Notes under the pieces: model-generated | Databases searched by the model: none | What the model was told of the DNA's origin: nothing | Seen by the model: only the letters and a program-made list of their open reading frames with translations | Source of the DNA: Lama glama | Taxonomy: Eukaryota | Assembly: GCA_028534125.1 (NCBI GenBank) | Contig: CM052818.1 | Coordinates: 12,030,001-12,094,000, forward strand | Length of the DNA: 64,000 nucleotides | Direction of reading: 5' to 3' | Translations under genes and position numbers: made by a program | In this document: positions 27,750 to 43,070 of the stretch, in pieces | How positions within the stretch are numbered: position 1 is the stretch's first letter | Layout of the letters: each line of letters starts with the position of its first letter

Positions 27750-30700
27750 CTAATTCAAAACATACATGAAGGGAGAACTAATATTTAAAACTATAAACAA
27801 GAAAACTTCCTGGAAATAAAAGGCTTGATTATATATCAAAAGGCCCCACAAGATATCTGGGGAAACTGACACATGATGATCTATTCTAAAACATATCCAG
27901 GTAATAAAGGAAAAAAATCCTAAAGACAGCATGGCAAAAAGGACAAATAAAATACAATAGTAAGAGGAGTAAACTGGCAGCAAACTTCTTAAAAGCAAAC
28001 TGCAAAACAAGGCAAAAATACATTAGCATTTTCAAGAAATTCAATGGAAAAAATTATGAACTAAGTATTTTAAATCCACCCCAGCTTTCCCTCAAGCATC
28101 AAAGGCTATTGAAAAAGTTTTACACATACAAAGGAATACTATACCCATGGGCACTTCTTGAGCAAACTACTAGAAGATTAGTTTCATCCTATCAAAAGAT
28201 GAGTAACAGGCAGAAGGACAGAAGGGTGAGCATTTAAAATACTTAATGATCTAAGATTAAAAAACAAGGCTAGGGATAAATGAAGAATATATAAATATGC
28301 ATATTCTGACACAGTAGTATGACTGAAAAATGAGACAATGGTAAGGAAAGAAGGAAAATAAAGTTAAGTTCAGTAACAGTGAACTGATTAAAGTTGTGGT
28401 TAAAAAAAAAAAAAAACCATAAAAGACTATTACAGTAATACTAGAAGGTTAAATACAGAAGAGTGGGCTCAAAGCATCTTTAAAAGGTGTAAATACCAAG
28501 ATAATCACTACAAACAAAAATATAAACTTTAACAGACTCCTCCTCCCTCCAAAAAACTGAGTGAATATAATAAGCGTAAAGAAAAGACGTAAGAAAGACA
28601 GCCAATATAATTATGACTATTCACCAAATAGTACAGCTGTGGTCTTTACAAAACAGAAACTACAGGAGAATCAAGGAGACAAACAAAAACACATTAATCA
28701 TTGAAGGCTTAAGTTGGTACAAAATAGATTAAGTGGACAAAAACTAAGTGAAGGTATAGATGACATAAATAATATAGTCAATAAAGTAGATCTTTTGGAC
28801 ATATTTTAAACTTTACATTATGAAAATATAGACTACCTTTTTCTCAAGAAAACATGGAAGACTGACAAAAATTGATTCTAAGTCATAATAAAAGCTTCAG
28901 TGCATTCCAAAGAGTAAAATTATTATAGCAGTACTCTGACCATCTTGTCACAAGTCTAGATTTTAATAACAATTTTTAAAAGGTCCTTCTACATGAAAAG
29001 TTTAAAACCTTCTACTGCACTACTTTTGAGTGAAGGAGAAATACAAACCTTCTAAAAAATAAAGATAATAAAAACGGTGCAATGAAATCCATAAGGTACA
29101 ATATAAAACAGTGACCAGAGGAAAAATCATGGCCTTAAATACCTATGGAAGTAGAAAAGTTTAAAAATGAAAATAAATTAATTAGATCCCAAATTGAAGA
29201 CCAAGAAAAAGAACAAAAAGGTAAAATTAAAAGAGCAGATGAAAAGATATAATAAAGGCAAAATCAGAAGTGAAATAGAAAAAAGAAAAGCAATATATCT
29301 CATTAATAACTCAAAATCCAAGTTTGCTGAAAAATTAACGTAATAGACAAACTAGCCGCTTTCATCAGAACAAAGGGAAAAAGCAAAAATAAAGTGAAAA
29401 CTATAGAAGGAAACAACCACTAAAGTAGAAGAAATTTAAAAGTCATAAAAGACTATAGTTCAGACCACCACACAAATAAATCTGAAAAACTAGACAAGAG
29501 ATAACAACTAAAACTGACCCAAATACAGCTTAAGAGCTGTAACCAATTTCCATAGGAAAAAATAAGAGTTACAAGGAACTTCCCTACAGAAAAGCAGCAG
29601 AACCAAAAAACTTTCACATTTAAAAACCAAATGGTGCCAACATAACAGAAATAGGTATGGAACACAGAAAATGAACGGAAACCTGCAAATTCTTTTTATG
29701 AGGTAATTAGAATGTTGATACTTGAATCTGATAAAAATTGTACAAAAATAGATAATTACAGACCAGCATCACTTATAAATACTAGTATGAAAATACTACA
29801 TAAAATAGTAGTGAACACACTTCAGTATCATAATAAGTAAATAATATACCATAACAAAGTCAGATTTATTCCAGGAAATAAGGTTGGTTCAATATTAGAG
29901 GCATAGCAATAATTACACCATATTAGGTGATCTGAGAAAAACATGATCATTTCCATATGTACTAAACAATCACTTGACAAAACTCAATATCCATTCCATA
30001 AAAACAAAGCATGAGTTCAGGAACATAGGAATTGATGGCTATTTCCTTAATATAAAGACATACACACTCACATACACATATTCACACATATGCAGACACA
30101 CTAGTCCTAAAGACAGCATCACATTTAAAGAGGTACTACCACAGACATTTCCACTAAGATCAAGAAGAGGCAAGAATGATCACTATCTTCACGTCTACTT
30201 ACTATGTACTGGATGCACCTTAGACAAAACAAATCAGAAATATAAGAACTGGAAAAGAAGGAAAACTGTATCTACTTGCATAAAATATGACAGTTTCCTA
30301 AGAAAACTCTGAAGAATCATTATGAAAAGTACCTCAAACAAATTCAGTAAATTAACAGGATATAAAATGAATGTATTAAAAATAAATAACTTTCATATAC
30401 ACAAACACAATCACTCAGAAGATAAAATGGTAGAGTAAAACCACACTGACAACACAAACAAAAATGGTTTAATATTTAAGTGCAACAAGAAATGTGCAAA
30501 ACTAAAATAAGCAAAGCTTTAAAATATTCCAGAAGATACAACAGTAATAACTGGTGGAAACAAAAACATTCCTTGTTGTTGAATAGAACACATCTACACA
30601 CCATAAAGTTGTCAGGTCGTCCCTAAATTAATTTTAAAAGGGGTAATGCACTGTATTAACCATGTAAAGTCTTATCTACATAGGTTTGATTACATAAATA

Positions 30701-32275
30701 TTCTCTAAATAACGAAAAAAAATTAACAAAATTCCAATGGAAATATCAGCAGTACTTTTTAAAATGAAGCCAGACAACAGAATATAGAAAAATTTGAATA
30801 GCTATAAAATACTGAAAAAGAAAATCTACAAGACACTACCAGCCTTACCAGATGTTAGAGTACATTACAAAGCCTCAGAAATTAATGCACTAGTATGACA
30901 ATGAAGCACAAACAGTTAAACCAGAAGGGTCCAATAGGAAGTACACAAATAAACTCAAGTACATAAGGAAATTTAAGTACATGATAAAAGTGGCATCTAA
31001 TATCACTGACGCAAAGTTTTTTTTTTTTAATAAATAGTGTTATAAACTGGAAAACCGTTTAAGAAAAAGACAAAATGGGCAATACCTCTTGTAAAAGAAC
31101 TCTAAATGAATAAGAGGTTTAAATGTAAAAAATAGTATTATATAATAAAATTCATATAAAACCTATCTGTAGTACAAGGTTACTAACCATGACTCAATAT
31201 TCACAGTTAATAAAAGATTGATAAATTTGACCACATTAAAAATTTAAAAATTCACCTTCTACATGGCAATGAAACACCATAAGTATAATCAAAAAACAAG
31301 AGTCAAATTTGGGGAAAATATTTGCACAATATGCAATAGGTGAAGGGCTAATATAATTCATAGCTAAAGAACTCTTCAAAATCAAGGGAATAAAAACCAA
31401 AAAAAAAAAAAAAAGCTAGAGAAATGGGCACAAGACATGAGCAGACAATTCAAATTAAATAAAGAAATTTTAAAAACTGGTCTATTTTACTTTTAGCAAT
31501 GAGGGAACACAATGGCTGGATTTACGCTCCTACTGCCTGTAGAAAACTAGACAAATAAAATAACTTAAAAAATCCACTACTATATATGACTAAACATCTA
31601 CTATAATGGCCTAAACTTTTTAAATGAATGAAACCAAGTGATGGTATGATGTGGAGCAACTGGAATTATCACATGTTGCTGGTGGATATGTGTAATGGTA
31701 CAATCACTCCGGAGAACAGTTTGGCTATTTTAAAATTAAACATACACTTCCGACTCTACTCTTAGTAATTTACCCAGAAGAAGTTAAAACATACCTACAC
31801 AAAAACCTGTAAATGAATGTTTAGAGTAACTTTATTCTTCATTGCCCAAAACTAGGAACACAAATACCCATCCAAAGGTAAACAAATAAAGAAACTGTAG
31901 TAGTTTTCAAAGGACCACTATCTACCATTAAAGGGAAATGAACTACTTATGAAATACAGCACAGTTAATTCTCCAAAACATTATGCTAAGTGAAGGAAGC
32001 CAGATACAAAGAATACATATCTATAATTTCACTTGCATGACATTCCTAAAAATGCATACACACACAAAAAAAATACGAGAGAAAGAATCGTCAGGGGGCA
32101 AGAGAAGGGGACTGACTAGAGAGAGTGATGAGAGAATTTTGAGGATGAGAGAAATGCTGTCTTGATTGTAGTGGTGGTTACAGGAAACGTGTCAAAACAC
32201 ATCAAACTATACATTTAAAAGGAAGAATTTTACTGTTTGTAAATTGTACTTCAATAAACCTAACCTTAAAAAAGT
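27750..32275 (+). mobile_element. Old, fragmented LINE-1 (L1M-type): ORF1/ORF2 remnants and 3' UTR
   Basis: A-rich plus strand, ORF2 remnants (FPLRSRRGK), 3' UTR 'tatgctaagtgaaggaagccagatac...ttgtacttcaataaa'. Confidence 0.75.
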
Positions 32276-32656
32276 ATGCAGACTTTTAAAGGCTTTTAAT
32301 ATAAACTGCCAAATTGCCCTGCCATTAACTTAATTTCTTCTCCTACTCCCATTAAATTTACGTTCCCACTGGCATTCTACAAGTGCCTGCACCCACATCA
32401 GCCTCAATATTGTCAGATTATTATTTTAGACTTTTTCTATTTGATAAGTTCTTTTAAAATGTTGCTTCACTGTTTTGATCTGCATATCTCTTAGTTTCTA
32501 GTGATGGGGAATTTTTTTCATCTATTTCTCAGACACTCATATTTCTTCTCTGTTCTATTTATTCTATTTAATCACTGTTTTAAGAAAGTGTTTTTCTTAC
32601 TAATTTTTTAGAGCTTGCTATATATCCTAAAATATTTGTCATAAATAGATTTCCTA

Positions 32657-33985
32657 ACTGGCCAGCTGCATGTAAATCAGTGAAGTTAGAATATTCCCTC
32701 ACACCATACACAAAAATAAACTCAAATTAGCTTAAAGACTTAAACATAAGACAAGACACTATAAACTTCTTAAAAGAAAAAATAGGCAAAACATTCTCTG
32801 ACATAAATCTCAGCAGTGTTCTCCTAGGGCAGTCTACCCAAGCAATAGAAATAAATCAAAAATAAACAAATGAGACCTAATTAAACTTACAAGCTTTTGC
32901 ACAGCAAAGGAAACCATAAATGAAACAAAAAGACAACCTACAGAATGGGAGAAAATATTTGCAAAAAGTGAGACAAGGGCTTAATTTCCAGAATATATAA
33001 ACAGCTCATACACCTTAATAAGAAAAAAACCAACAACCCAATCCAAAAATGGGCAGAACACCTAAACAAGCAATTCTTCAATGAAGACATACAAATGGCC
33101 TATAGGCACATGAAAAAATGCTCAATATCATTAATTATCAGAGAAATGCAAATCAAAACTATAACTGAGGTATTACCTCACACCAGTCAGAATGGCCATC
33201 ATCAAATGTCCACAAACGATAAATGCTGGAGAGGGTGTGGAGAAAAGGGAACCTTCCTATGCTGCTGGTGGGAATGTAGTTTGGTGCAGCTGTTATGGAA
33301 AACAGTATGGAGATTCCTCAAAAGACTAAACATAGACTTACCATATGATCCAGCAGTCCCACTCCTCGGCATATATCCAAAGGGAACCTTAATTCAAAAA
33401 GATACATCCATCCCAATGTTCACACCAGCACTCTTTACAATAGCCAAGACATGGAAACAACCTAAATGTCCATCCACAGATGACTGGATAAAGCAGCTGT
33501 GCTATATTTATACAACGAAATACTACTCATCCATAGAAAGTAATAAAATAATGCCATTTGCAGCAATATGGATAGACGTGGAGAATGTCATTCTAAGTGA
33601 AGTAAGCCAGAAAGAAAAAGAAAAATACATCACTTATGTGTGGAATCTAAAACAAACAAACAAAAGACAAACGAATTTATTTATAAAACAGAAACAGACT
33701 CACAGACATAGAAAACAAACTTATGGTTACTAGAGGGGGAAGGGGTGGGAAGGGATAAATTGGGAGTTTGAGATTTGCAGATACTAACTAATATATATAA
33801 AATAGATAAACAACAAGTTTATACTATATAGCACAGGTAACTATATTGAATATTTTGTAGTAACATGATTAAAAAGATGAAAATGAATATATGTATTTTC
33901 ATATATGACTGAAGCATTGTGCTATACACCAGAAATTGACACATTATAAACTGACTATACTTCAATAAAAATATTAAAAATAAAC
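32657..33985 (+). mobile_element. Relatively young 5'-truncated LINE-1 (camelid/cetartiodactyl-type 3' UTR)
   Basis: ORF 33095..33733 is an L1 ORF2 C-terminus ([42 protein letters not shown]); 3' UTR ends 'aactgactatacttcaataaaa'. Confidence 0.93.
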
Positions 33986-34234
33986 ATATTTTCCAGTTTT
34001 TCACCTGCCTTTCACTTTTCAATTTTTTAAAATATACAGACATCTTAAAATTTGAAATTTCTCTATATTTTCTAAGATGGGGGAGTATTTTTATTTAGAA
34101 ATTTCTTTCCTCAAGTACAGGTCAGTTAAATATTCAGCTAAATCTTTTTAAATTTTTTATAGATTCAATTTTTTAACTTTTTGAATCTTTGCTGATACAG
34201 TGTGGTTGTTGAAATTTAAATCAATTAAAATTAA

Positions 34235-35415
34235 GCTTTTCCCCTAGGTTCCTTCTAGTTGTATGGTTTCAGGTGTTAAATTTCACTCTTTAATCCATCT
34301 TGAGTTTATTTTTGTAAGAGTCCAATTTCATTCTTTTGCATGTGAATATCCCATTTTCCCATCACCATGTATTGATGAAACTATCTTTGTCACACTGAAT
34401 ATCCTTGGCACCCTTGCCAAAGATTAGCTGATCACATATGCACTGCTCTCTATCCTGTTCCACTAGGCTGTGTTTGTTTTTATGCCAATGCTATACTGTT
34501 TTGATCACTATAGTGTTGTGATATAGTTGGAAATTAGGAAGTGTAATACCTCTAGCTTTGTTCTTTCTCAAGATTGCTTTGGCTATTCAGGGTCTTTTGT
34601 GGTTCAATACAAATTTTATTTTTTTCTATTACTATGAAAAATACCATTGGAATTTTGATAGGAATTGCATTAAATCTGTAAGTTTTTATATACCTTTTGT
34701 TCCCAGCCCCCAAATGCAGCCTCCCATGCTATCAATATCCCATGACACAGTATTACATCTGTTACAATGGATGAACATACACTGATACATCGTTATTATC
34801 AAATGTCCATAGTTTACATAGGGCTCACTTTTGGTGTTGAAAATTCTATGGGTTTTGACAAATGTATAATGACATGTATCCCTGATTATTTCACTTCCCT
34901 AAAAGTTCTCTGTACTCTGCCTGTTCACCCCTCCCTTACCTCTAACTCTTGGCAATCACTGATCTTTTTAGTGTCTCCATAGTTTTGTCTTTTCCAAAAG
35001 TTATATAATTGGAATCACACAGATTTTCACTTAGTAATATGCATCTAAGTTTTCTTCATGTCTTTTCATGTCTTAACCACTCATTTCTTTTTAACGCTGA
35101 GTACTACTGCATTGTCTGGATGAACCACTGTTTATTTATCCATTCACCTATTTAAGGACATCTTGGCTGCTTCAAGTTTTGGCAATTAGGAATAAAATTG
35201 CTATAAACATCTGTGTGTAGGTATTTGTGTGGATGTAAGTTTTCAACTCCTCTGGGTAATACCAAGGAATATAACTGCCAAGATCATATGTTAGAATATG
35301 TTCAGTTTTGTAAGAAACTGACAAACTGTCTTCCACAGTGGCCATACTATTTTGCATTCCCACCAGCGATGAATGGAAGTTTCTGTTGCTCCACATTCTC
35401 ATCAGCATTTGGTGG
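34235..35415 (-). mobile_element. LINE-1 fragments (ORF2 piece and L1MC-like 3' end)
   Basis: ORF 35172..35429 (YTQMFIAILFLIAKT) and 'ttttctcaagattgctttggctattcagggtc'. Confidence 0.8.
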
Positions 35416-35419
35416 TACA

Positions 35420-35532
35420 CTGCCCACATTTCCAGTGCTTCATAGCCATGTGTGACTAACGACTACCATACTGCACAGTAACACATAGGATATTACCATC
35501 ATCACAGAAAGTTCTACTGGAAATGCTGCTCT
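35420..35532. mobile_element. MER3-like DNA transposon fragment
   Basis: 'cacatttccagtgct..tagccatgtgtg..ccatcatcacagaaagttctactgga'. Confidence 0.6.
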
Positions 35533-35859
35533 GTTTAAAACTTGTTTATACAGTGGAAAAGGAACTAATGTGACAGCTTTTTTAAAATCTCTGCATAAAT
35601 CCATCCCATCTTTCATTGGATTTTGATGATTCTTTGTTTATATTTGCTCAGAAGTTCAAATTCCTGCTCAGCACTTCTTAATTACATATTCATTAACATA
35701 TTATTTAACCTCTCTGAGTCTCAGTTTCCTTATCCTAATCACTTATTAGTTCAGCGCATTAAATTGTGTAAGCAAGATACGATAAATTACAACACTCATC
35801 ATGTTACATCCTCATCTGCAAACTCTTCCAGGTTACGAATTTGTCTTTCAAATGTCTCA

Positions 35860-36039
<180 letters not shown>

Positions 36040-37188
36040 TCATGATCAACCTGAACATTTTAAATAGAGAATAACATCTATTTTTGCATATTAACAACAA
36101 CAAGGTGATGTACTTCACAATTATGCACTTACATATTCTAAAATTATCACATGTGCTGGTCACTCATCCTGGGAAAAAGCTGAATAAAATTATCCTCATA
36201 TATCAAGTGTTTTAACTGAACCTCTGATGAAGAGGAAGCCAAGCTTCAACAATGCCTATGCCTATGCTCCCGACAGCCTGGGAGCCAAATCACACTGTGC
36301 AAAGAGGAAAAACACAGTAAAGTGAAGTAATCATGACGCCCACTCAGCAACTCCTCACTCAAGAAATAATTATAAGTAAGTTCTGGGGACCCCATAACAA
36401 AACCCCATGTTCACAAGCACAGAGAAACACATTCTCTCTCTGTGGAGTAACAGAAAACACCTATGCTTCATCTGTGAAGCCCAGGAGACTTGCATATTAC
36501 CTGCACCTAGCGCTCAATAAACATTTGCTGGCTGGCTAGAGGATGAATGGGAAAATTAATGAGTTCTATTTGCCACATCCCAACCTGGCATGAGTAGTTG
36601 CACTTTATCTAAAATGGAAAAAAATAAAATGGAGCTTAGGCACACCAAACACAAACAAGATAAGACAAATATGTGGTATAAACAAAATGTGTGCATGGGT
36701 GCTATTAAGATTTCATTGCTTCTTATTTGGCAAAGTATATATTATTCATTGCCACACTAATTACTGCCACCATCCCAAACTCATAATAAAAACTTTATAG
36801 CACCCTCCTTATCATCATGTGTGTAGTATGGAAAATAATATATTTTGCCACAGTTTGCATTGTTATAAATATAACTGACAAAAGAGAGGTTATTCTTATA
36901 GCAATGCAAGCTTGTTCTGATGTGTAAAACAAAGCTGTGAGAAAAAAAAAAAATCAGACTGTAGAACCAAAGCCTAATTGAGTTTGTAGTGCCAAACGCA
37001 GCACATTCTGTCACTTACAGAGCCCACGGTTATCAATTTCACCAAAATAGCAGCTACTCTCAATAACTGACATTTCTAGGGCAATAATCCTTCATTCTCT
37101 GATAATTCCACAAAGGGCAACAATTTGTATGTTGTAACAAGTAAATAATCTGAAAATGGAGCATGGGAAATAAGTCATTCCTTCTTAC

Positions 37189-37294
37189 CATTCGGATACC
37201 TAGCTGCAGGACAGTTGACTTTTTAAAAGTACCATTCTGGTCTGAGATCTTCTGCAAATCTATTCCTAGTCTTTCCATTACCATAAATCTGTAA
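37189..37294 (-). CDS. VRK2: VRK2 coding exon (~exon 6, 106 bp): [35 protein letters not shown]
   Basis: Within ORF 37060..37314; acceptor cttacag|TTACAG, donor CGAATG|gtaaga; phase 2 to 0. Confidence 0.96.
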
Positions 37295-38268
37295 CTGTAA
37301 GAAGGAGAAGTCAAAAACAGATGTTAAGACAGCAATGCTGAAACCGTCTATTTATGAATTTGAAACAAGTGAAAACACCCCTGACCTAACAATAAGGAAT
37401 GACGCAATCCCAACCACAGGAGGACGAATATACATGAATAATCTTGTTATTTTGCAAAAGCATACTAAGTATTTACTTTGCAGTTAGTTTTCTAAAAGAA
37501 GAACATGCTGTGAACTAGCCACACTGTCTTAGATCATGAAGAGAGAAGAGTCTTTCTAAATTAAATAGTCCTGAATTTAATTCATTTTGACTCCATCACA
37601 TTCTCTCTCACCTTACAGCCTTGAATAAATTATTTGCCCATACAGGAAATTTTATTTCTATTTGTTTCGTGACCTTATAAATCATATTTACTTTCTCTAT
37701 ACATTTATAAACGTGTTTTTTTAAATGCAGCTCTTCCTTTTCTTGTCTGTTTAGGACCTCCTCCCCTTCTTTTCTTCCCTTCACTTACACACCCACATCA
37801 GCCCCTACTCTGTATCCATCTATGTATACACACACAAACACAGACATAGGGGAATTTCTGACTGTTTTACAAAAATGTGACCTTACTACATGGTCTTTTT
37901 TGCATCATACTTTTTTCAATAATCTCACTGAAATCCTTCCAGATCAACTGGTAGAGCTCTAACTGATTTCTAAAATGCTGCATAGTATTACATGGTTTAG
38001 ATGTATCATGATTTATTCAGACACATTCAGTTCCCTATTGGTAGTCCTTTACTTTGTTTCAAGATTCATTGTGTTTTTATTTATAGCATTTAAAGACCAT
38101 CTGAGCAAAGCACTGACCTCTAAGCCTATTTTCCCAGCTAGGAAAAAAAATATTATCACCTGTCTTAAAAGGCTATTGAAAGAATAAAAATGGGTACCTA
38201 ACAAATGACAGAATTTTTTCTTTTTAAAAACTACTATTAGTGAATTATTTATATGTGATGATTAGCTA

Positions 38269-38861
38269 TGTTTGATGAGTTTTAAAATATTTCTACAAAT
38301 TCTTTGCTTCTCTCAAGAGACGGAACTTAATTAAGTTTCCATCTTGAATATGGGGTAGACTTAGTGACCTGCTTCTAGCAAAGAGAATAGAGTAGAAATG
38401 ATGAGATATCATGTCTCAGATCAGATCATAACAAGACTGTGATGTTCTTCCTGGTTGCATGCTCTAGTGTGTGTTGTCTTTCTTCCTCTCTTTCACAATT
38501 AACTGCTCTATGGGAAGCGAGCTGCCATGTCTTTGTGACACTCAGGCAGCCTATGGAGAGATCTACCTGGTGAGGAAGTGAGGCCTGCCAACAATCACAT
38601 GAGTGAATTAAGAAGCAGAACTTCTTAGGCCTGCCAACAGCCACAAGTGATCTTGAAGGCAGATCCTTCCCCAGTCCAGCCTTGTGATTAACGCAGCCCC
38701 AAAGACATCTGTCTACATCCTCATGAGAAGTCCTAAGCCAGAACCATCTAGGGAAGCCTGTTGTACATGGATAGCCGATCCACAGAAACTGAGATAATAT
38801 CAGTTTGTCATTATAAGCCATCACATTTTAGGTAATTAGTTATATAGCAACAAATAACTAA
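38269..38861 (+). mobile_element. MaLR solo LTR (MLT1F/G-like)
   Basis: 'gacttagtgacctgcttctagcaa', 'ggaagtgaggcctgccaacaatcacatgagtga', 3' end 'taagcca..ttttaggtaattagttatatagcaacaaataactaaca'. Confidence 0.8.
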
Positions 38862-38916
38862 CAGACCACTTAAGAAATATTAAATACAATACTCAATTAT
38901 AACAATTCCATTTTAC

Positions 38917-39004
38917 CTTCTTCCCTTGAATTCAGTAATACCAGATCCATAAAACAGAGGAATTCCCAAATAATCAAGTTGTTTGAATGCTATCCATTTT
39001 TTGA
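38917..39004 (-). CDS. VRK2: VRK2 coding exon (~exon 5, 88 bp): [30 protein letters not shown]
   Basis: Acceptor tttgtag|TCAAA, donor AGAAG|gtaaaa; phase 1 to 2. Confidence 0.95.
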
Positions 39005-40090
39005 CTACAAAGGCAAATTTAACAGGAAAAAAAGACACATTTTTAGGAAGATATTTCTTACTTTTGAATAGACACTTAAACTTACTTAGCTAAACTAAAT
39101 AGAAATTAGACCTTCTTAAAAAATTTAAAAGTCAAATATATCTAGCCTATAGTTTCAAATTCTATTTATCACTATAATTAACATAAAAACATATACAGAT
39201 TTCTAACATTTTTAAATTTTAAATTAAATCAGTTATAACCAAAACAAAAAGTCATAGTCATAAAATGCATTGCTATCATTTACACAAATGTTTTCATTCA
39301 TTAAAAAATTCATTTTCTTATATGCTTGTTAAATTTTTGAATATAAAATATATTAACTACTAAAGGACCAGTAAAAAGGTGGCTTTTTCTTCCCTATTAC
39401 TAAAAATCTAAAGCTACAGTAGTAGAAAAGAAAGTAAAAATTGGGCAGAAAAATCATCTTACTCTGAAATTACATTACACGGAAATTGTTTTGATTAAAT
39501 TTCATTTTAAAAAATCAAATCCACTTAAACAATCAAGTAGCTTATTTAATTTTTCACCTTTCTTCTATATATGTTTAATGTTGAAGACAGCTCTACTGAT
39601 AAACAATGAGTTTAATGCATTCTACTTGTCACCTTGGCATAGTTTAAGCAGTTAGTAAAGACTACAGTCTTAATGTTTAGAAGGCTTTATTAAAACAACA
39701 AATTATTGAGGCTAGACTCATCACTCTTTTTCCTAAACATAATGTAAAGGACTTTGACTATATAGTCGTTACTCATATCAGCTTCCTTTAACTTTTACTT
39801 AGTCCACCTGTATCACGTAGTATTTATAAAATGTTTTTATTCTTCTTAGCTCTGCTTATATTTATTTCACATTGAAATCCTCTAACTGGTAGTTTTTACA
39901 TCTGATATCCGTCTCCAACTAACTTCAAGTTTTCATCTGTCTTGTTTTTATGTAAGTTAACTGTATCATTTTACAATAAAAATTTCTAATTGAAAACAAT
40001 TTTCCATAAGGCCAGAATAAGACAAAAATACTAACACCCATTTTAGTAAACATATATATGCAAGTAGCTAACTTTGCTAATTCTACTTAC

Positions 40091-40160
40091 TAGAGTCTTT
40101 TTTTGCAGCTCTTTGATAAAATTTAAGTTCTGAAAATAATGGGCCATTTTCTTGATATTC
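40091..40160 (-). CDS. VRK2: VRK2 coding exon (~exon 4, 70 bp): EYQENGPLFSELKFYQRAAKKDS
   Basis: Acceptor tttaatag|GAATAT, donor GACTCTA|gtaagt; phase 0 to 1. Confidence 0.96.
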
Positions 40161-40869
40161 CTATTAAAGAAAAGAACAACTAATTTTATTAGAAAAAAAT
40201 CTTAAAGGCAGAATTGGTATTTCAACTGTAAAAATATGTATACATACGCAATATATAATAGTACTTGAATCATTTATCACAAAACACAGGCATCAGATTT
40301 CCACTAAAAAAAACTTAGGGAAGTATTAAATGAACTTGAAGAAACTCAGTTTTAAGTTTCACATACTATAAAGTTACCTCTATACAGTTTTACACATGAA
40401 AGTAACCTTATGGAAAGAACTTCCTAAAAGCACTGTGAATTATACACATAGACAGACACCCAATGTGTACCAACATGTACATCAGGGTGGGTACACTGCA
40501 AACTACCCTGGTGGTTCATTCATATATGATACCTTTAATGAGTATCTCCTATATTTCATTCATTGTACTAGGCAGAGGGGATACAAACAAAAATAAAACC
40601 TCATCCCTGCCTTTAAGAACTTCACCATCTAGAGCAGAGAAGAAATAAGAGGGAGAGTGAGAAGCCAGGTAGGTAAGATACAAGGATGATAAATGTCAAC
40701 ACAGAAGAACAAGATTCTCCAGTCTTTACATTTTAATAACGTGAAAATATTAGGTGTATTGATAAGTAAAACTAAGGTGAAAAACATTTTTTCACAAAAG
40801 TAGTATGAATAAAGCAGAAAATAAAAAAGTCAAATATATGTGAAACACAAATTTAAAAGCAACACTCAC

Positions 40870-40919
40870 CACTTTTATTACATGTCTTGCATCTTCATCT
40901 GGTTTATTTGTGGGGAAAG
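40870..40919 (-). CDS. VRK2: VRK2 coding exon (~exon 3, 50 bp): AFPTNKPDEDARHVIKV, with the ATP-binding lysine
   Basis: Acceptor ttctgcag|CTTTC, donor AAAGTG|gtgagt; phase 1 to 0. Confidence 0.95.
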
Positions 40920-43070
40920 CTGCAGAACAAAAGACGGTGAGTAAAAAAAATAGCTGTTCTCACGTACTGAATGTCTACAACATTCCAGATCCCGCGCTAA
41001 GAACCTCTTACAGCAGGTCTCATCCATTTTATACAAGATCCTTCTAAAGTTTAACAAGTTGAATAATTTGCTAAGAAGTAGCAGATTGGGATTTGAAACT
41101 CAAATCTGACACCACAGCCCATACATTTTACCATAAACCGTATTTAAACATAGACACCAATAGATGATACTAATCACATAGATCCAAAAGTAGGGGAAAA
41201 TATTTTCTAGATATATTGTCTTGAATCCAATACATAATATATAGTAAAAATCCACTGATTCAATTTTGCTAAATTAAAATCAATTATTCCTAAATTAAAG
41301 ATTGTGTATCTCGTAACATCAGCTCATTTAAATTTCAAGTTATCATACTTCATATTATTTACCACTTGCATTTTAGCTACCGTAATCCAACTTCTGAAAA
41401 TTCCATGGTTCAAATTCTTAAATCAATTCTTTCATCTACATTATCTAAATTATTAAAGATTAATTTTCAAATCTTAATTAAGAGAAGTTAACATGTCTAC
41501 TGTGTTGTGAAAGTCTATAATTTTGTCACTCTTCTATTCAATCTTCATCCATTTATTCCTTTATTCATTCAATTAGCCAGTATTTATTTACCAAGAGGCT
41601 AGAATAGGCAAGGCACTGAGTTAAGTGTTAAAATGATGTTTAAAGGAAAGCGAAAGGGAAAAAAAGGGTCAAACCAGCATTGAAAACCAGTACTCAGATT
41701 AAGAAGATCAAATTCTCCAGGTATATTTTCAGTATACTTATCAAAATGCTGTCTCCTTATCACTACTTCTAACATTTTTCTTTTTCTCCTAACTCTATCA
41801 ATTTTTATTTTCTCTTGTTAATTCTCTTAATAGATATAAAGAATACATTACAAATTTCCTAAAGTATATAAATTCTGCTTCACAGTTAAGCCAACTCATG
41901 CACAATTCTCTTAACCAATCTCCAGAATTCTGATGTAAGCAATGCTGTTAGCCAGTTGAAGAGATCACTTCAATTTTAGTTGCTATTAGATATGAACTGT
42001 GAACCCAGACCATCTTACAGTAACAAAGCAACTCAACTTATTTATATCAATTAAAATTTTCTTTTCATCTTTATTCATATAAAGTCATTTCATTTTCACC
42101 CATGCAGTAGTCCCAAGGAAACTTCAGGAAGAGTGGATTATCCATGTCTAAGTAAGGAAAAACCAAAGAAAGTATATAAAGAGGAAGAGGTCCAATCCTA
42201 GTATAGAAGAAAGGAAGAGAAAAGCCCCTCCTTGCACCCTATTTTGCACCCCTTGCAAACTATCTTTATCAGTATGGTACCCAAGGCTGGAGAGAAACAG
42301 TGCTGCCCTAACTCTGGTCAACTCAGTCAGTACTGACTCTAGGCAATGGTCTTCGCTTCCTAAAGTAGAAGTTGGTACAAACTCCCTGCTTCTTGTCTGA
42401 AAGCAAGTAGCCACTGCAGCAAATAAATTTTTAAACCCAACAATACGTAAGAAACAGAAAAGCACAAAAGGGAAATGGAGGTTTCAACTAGCTAAATAAC
42501 TTACTATGTTGCAAATGGGAAAAAAGATATCCAATCAGTCCAATGTCCTATTGCTTGCTGATTTCAATCAGTGTATCTTTACCACTTTATAATCTGAATC
42601 TTCCTTTCATATCATTTCAAATGAACATAATCATGTGTGACATATACTTGAAACATCCCCACACTTGTCATTTGATAGCTACACAATATTCTGCATAAAC
42701 TTTCAAGTCAGATTATATTGGAGGGCCTAAATCTAAAATCAATTGACTAGAAAGCTCTTGGAGATGGATGTTGAACAAATAAATTGCCCTAGTTACCACG
42801 GAAGTCTCTTTACAGTAATCAATCAGTTAATTAATTAAACAAATATTTATTTTCTACTGTAAGGCAAATCACATTCTAGCCAGTGAAATTAAATGATGAC
42901 AGAAAACAGATGTGGTATCTCCTTTCACAGTCTAGTAGAAAAATTAGACATTCATCAAATACTCATACAGGAATGTAATTATAATAAATGTTAAAGGGAG
43001 AGGTAGATGGTACTATGAGAATGTATAATTTAATCTTTGGGAAAGGTAATGCTTGAGCAAGAATAGAGGG

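Noticed and set aside
33095..33733. 212-aa ORF as a host gene
   Set aside because: It is the C-terminus of L1 ORF2 in a truncated element
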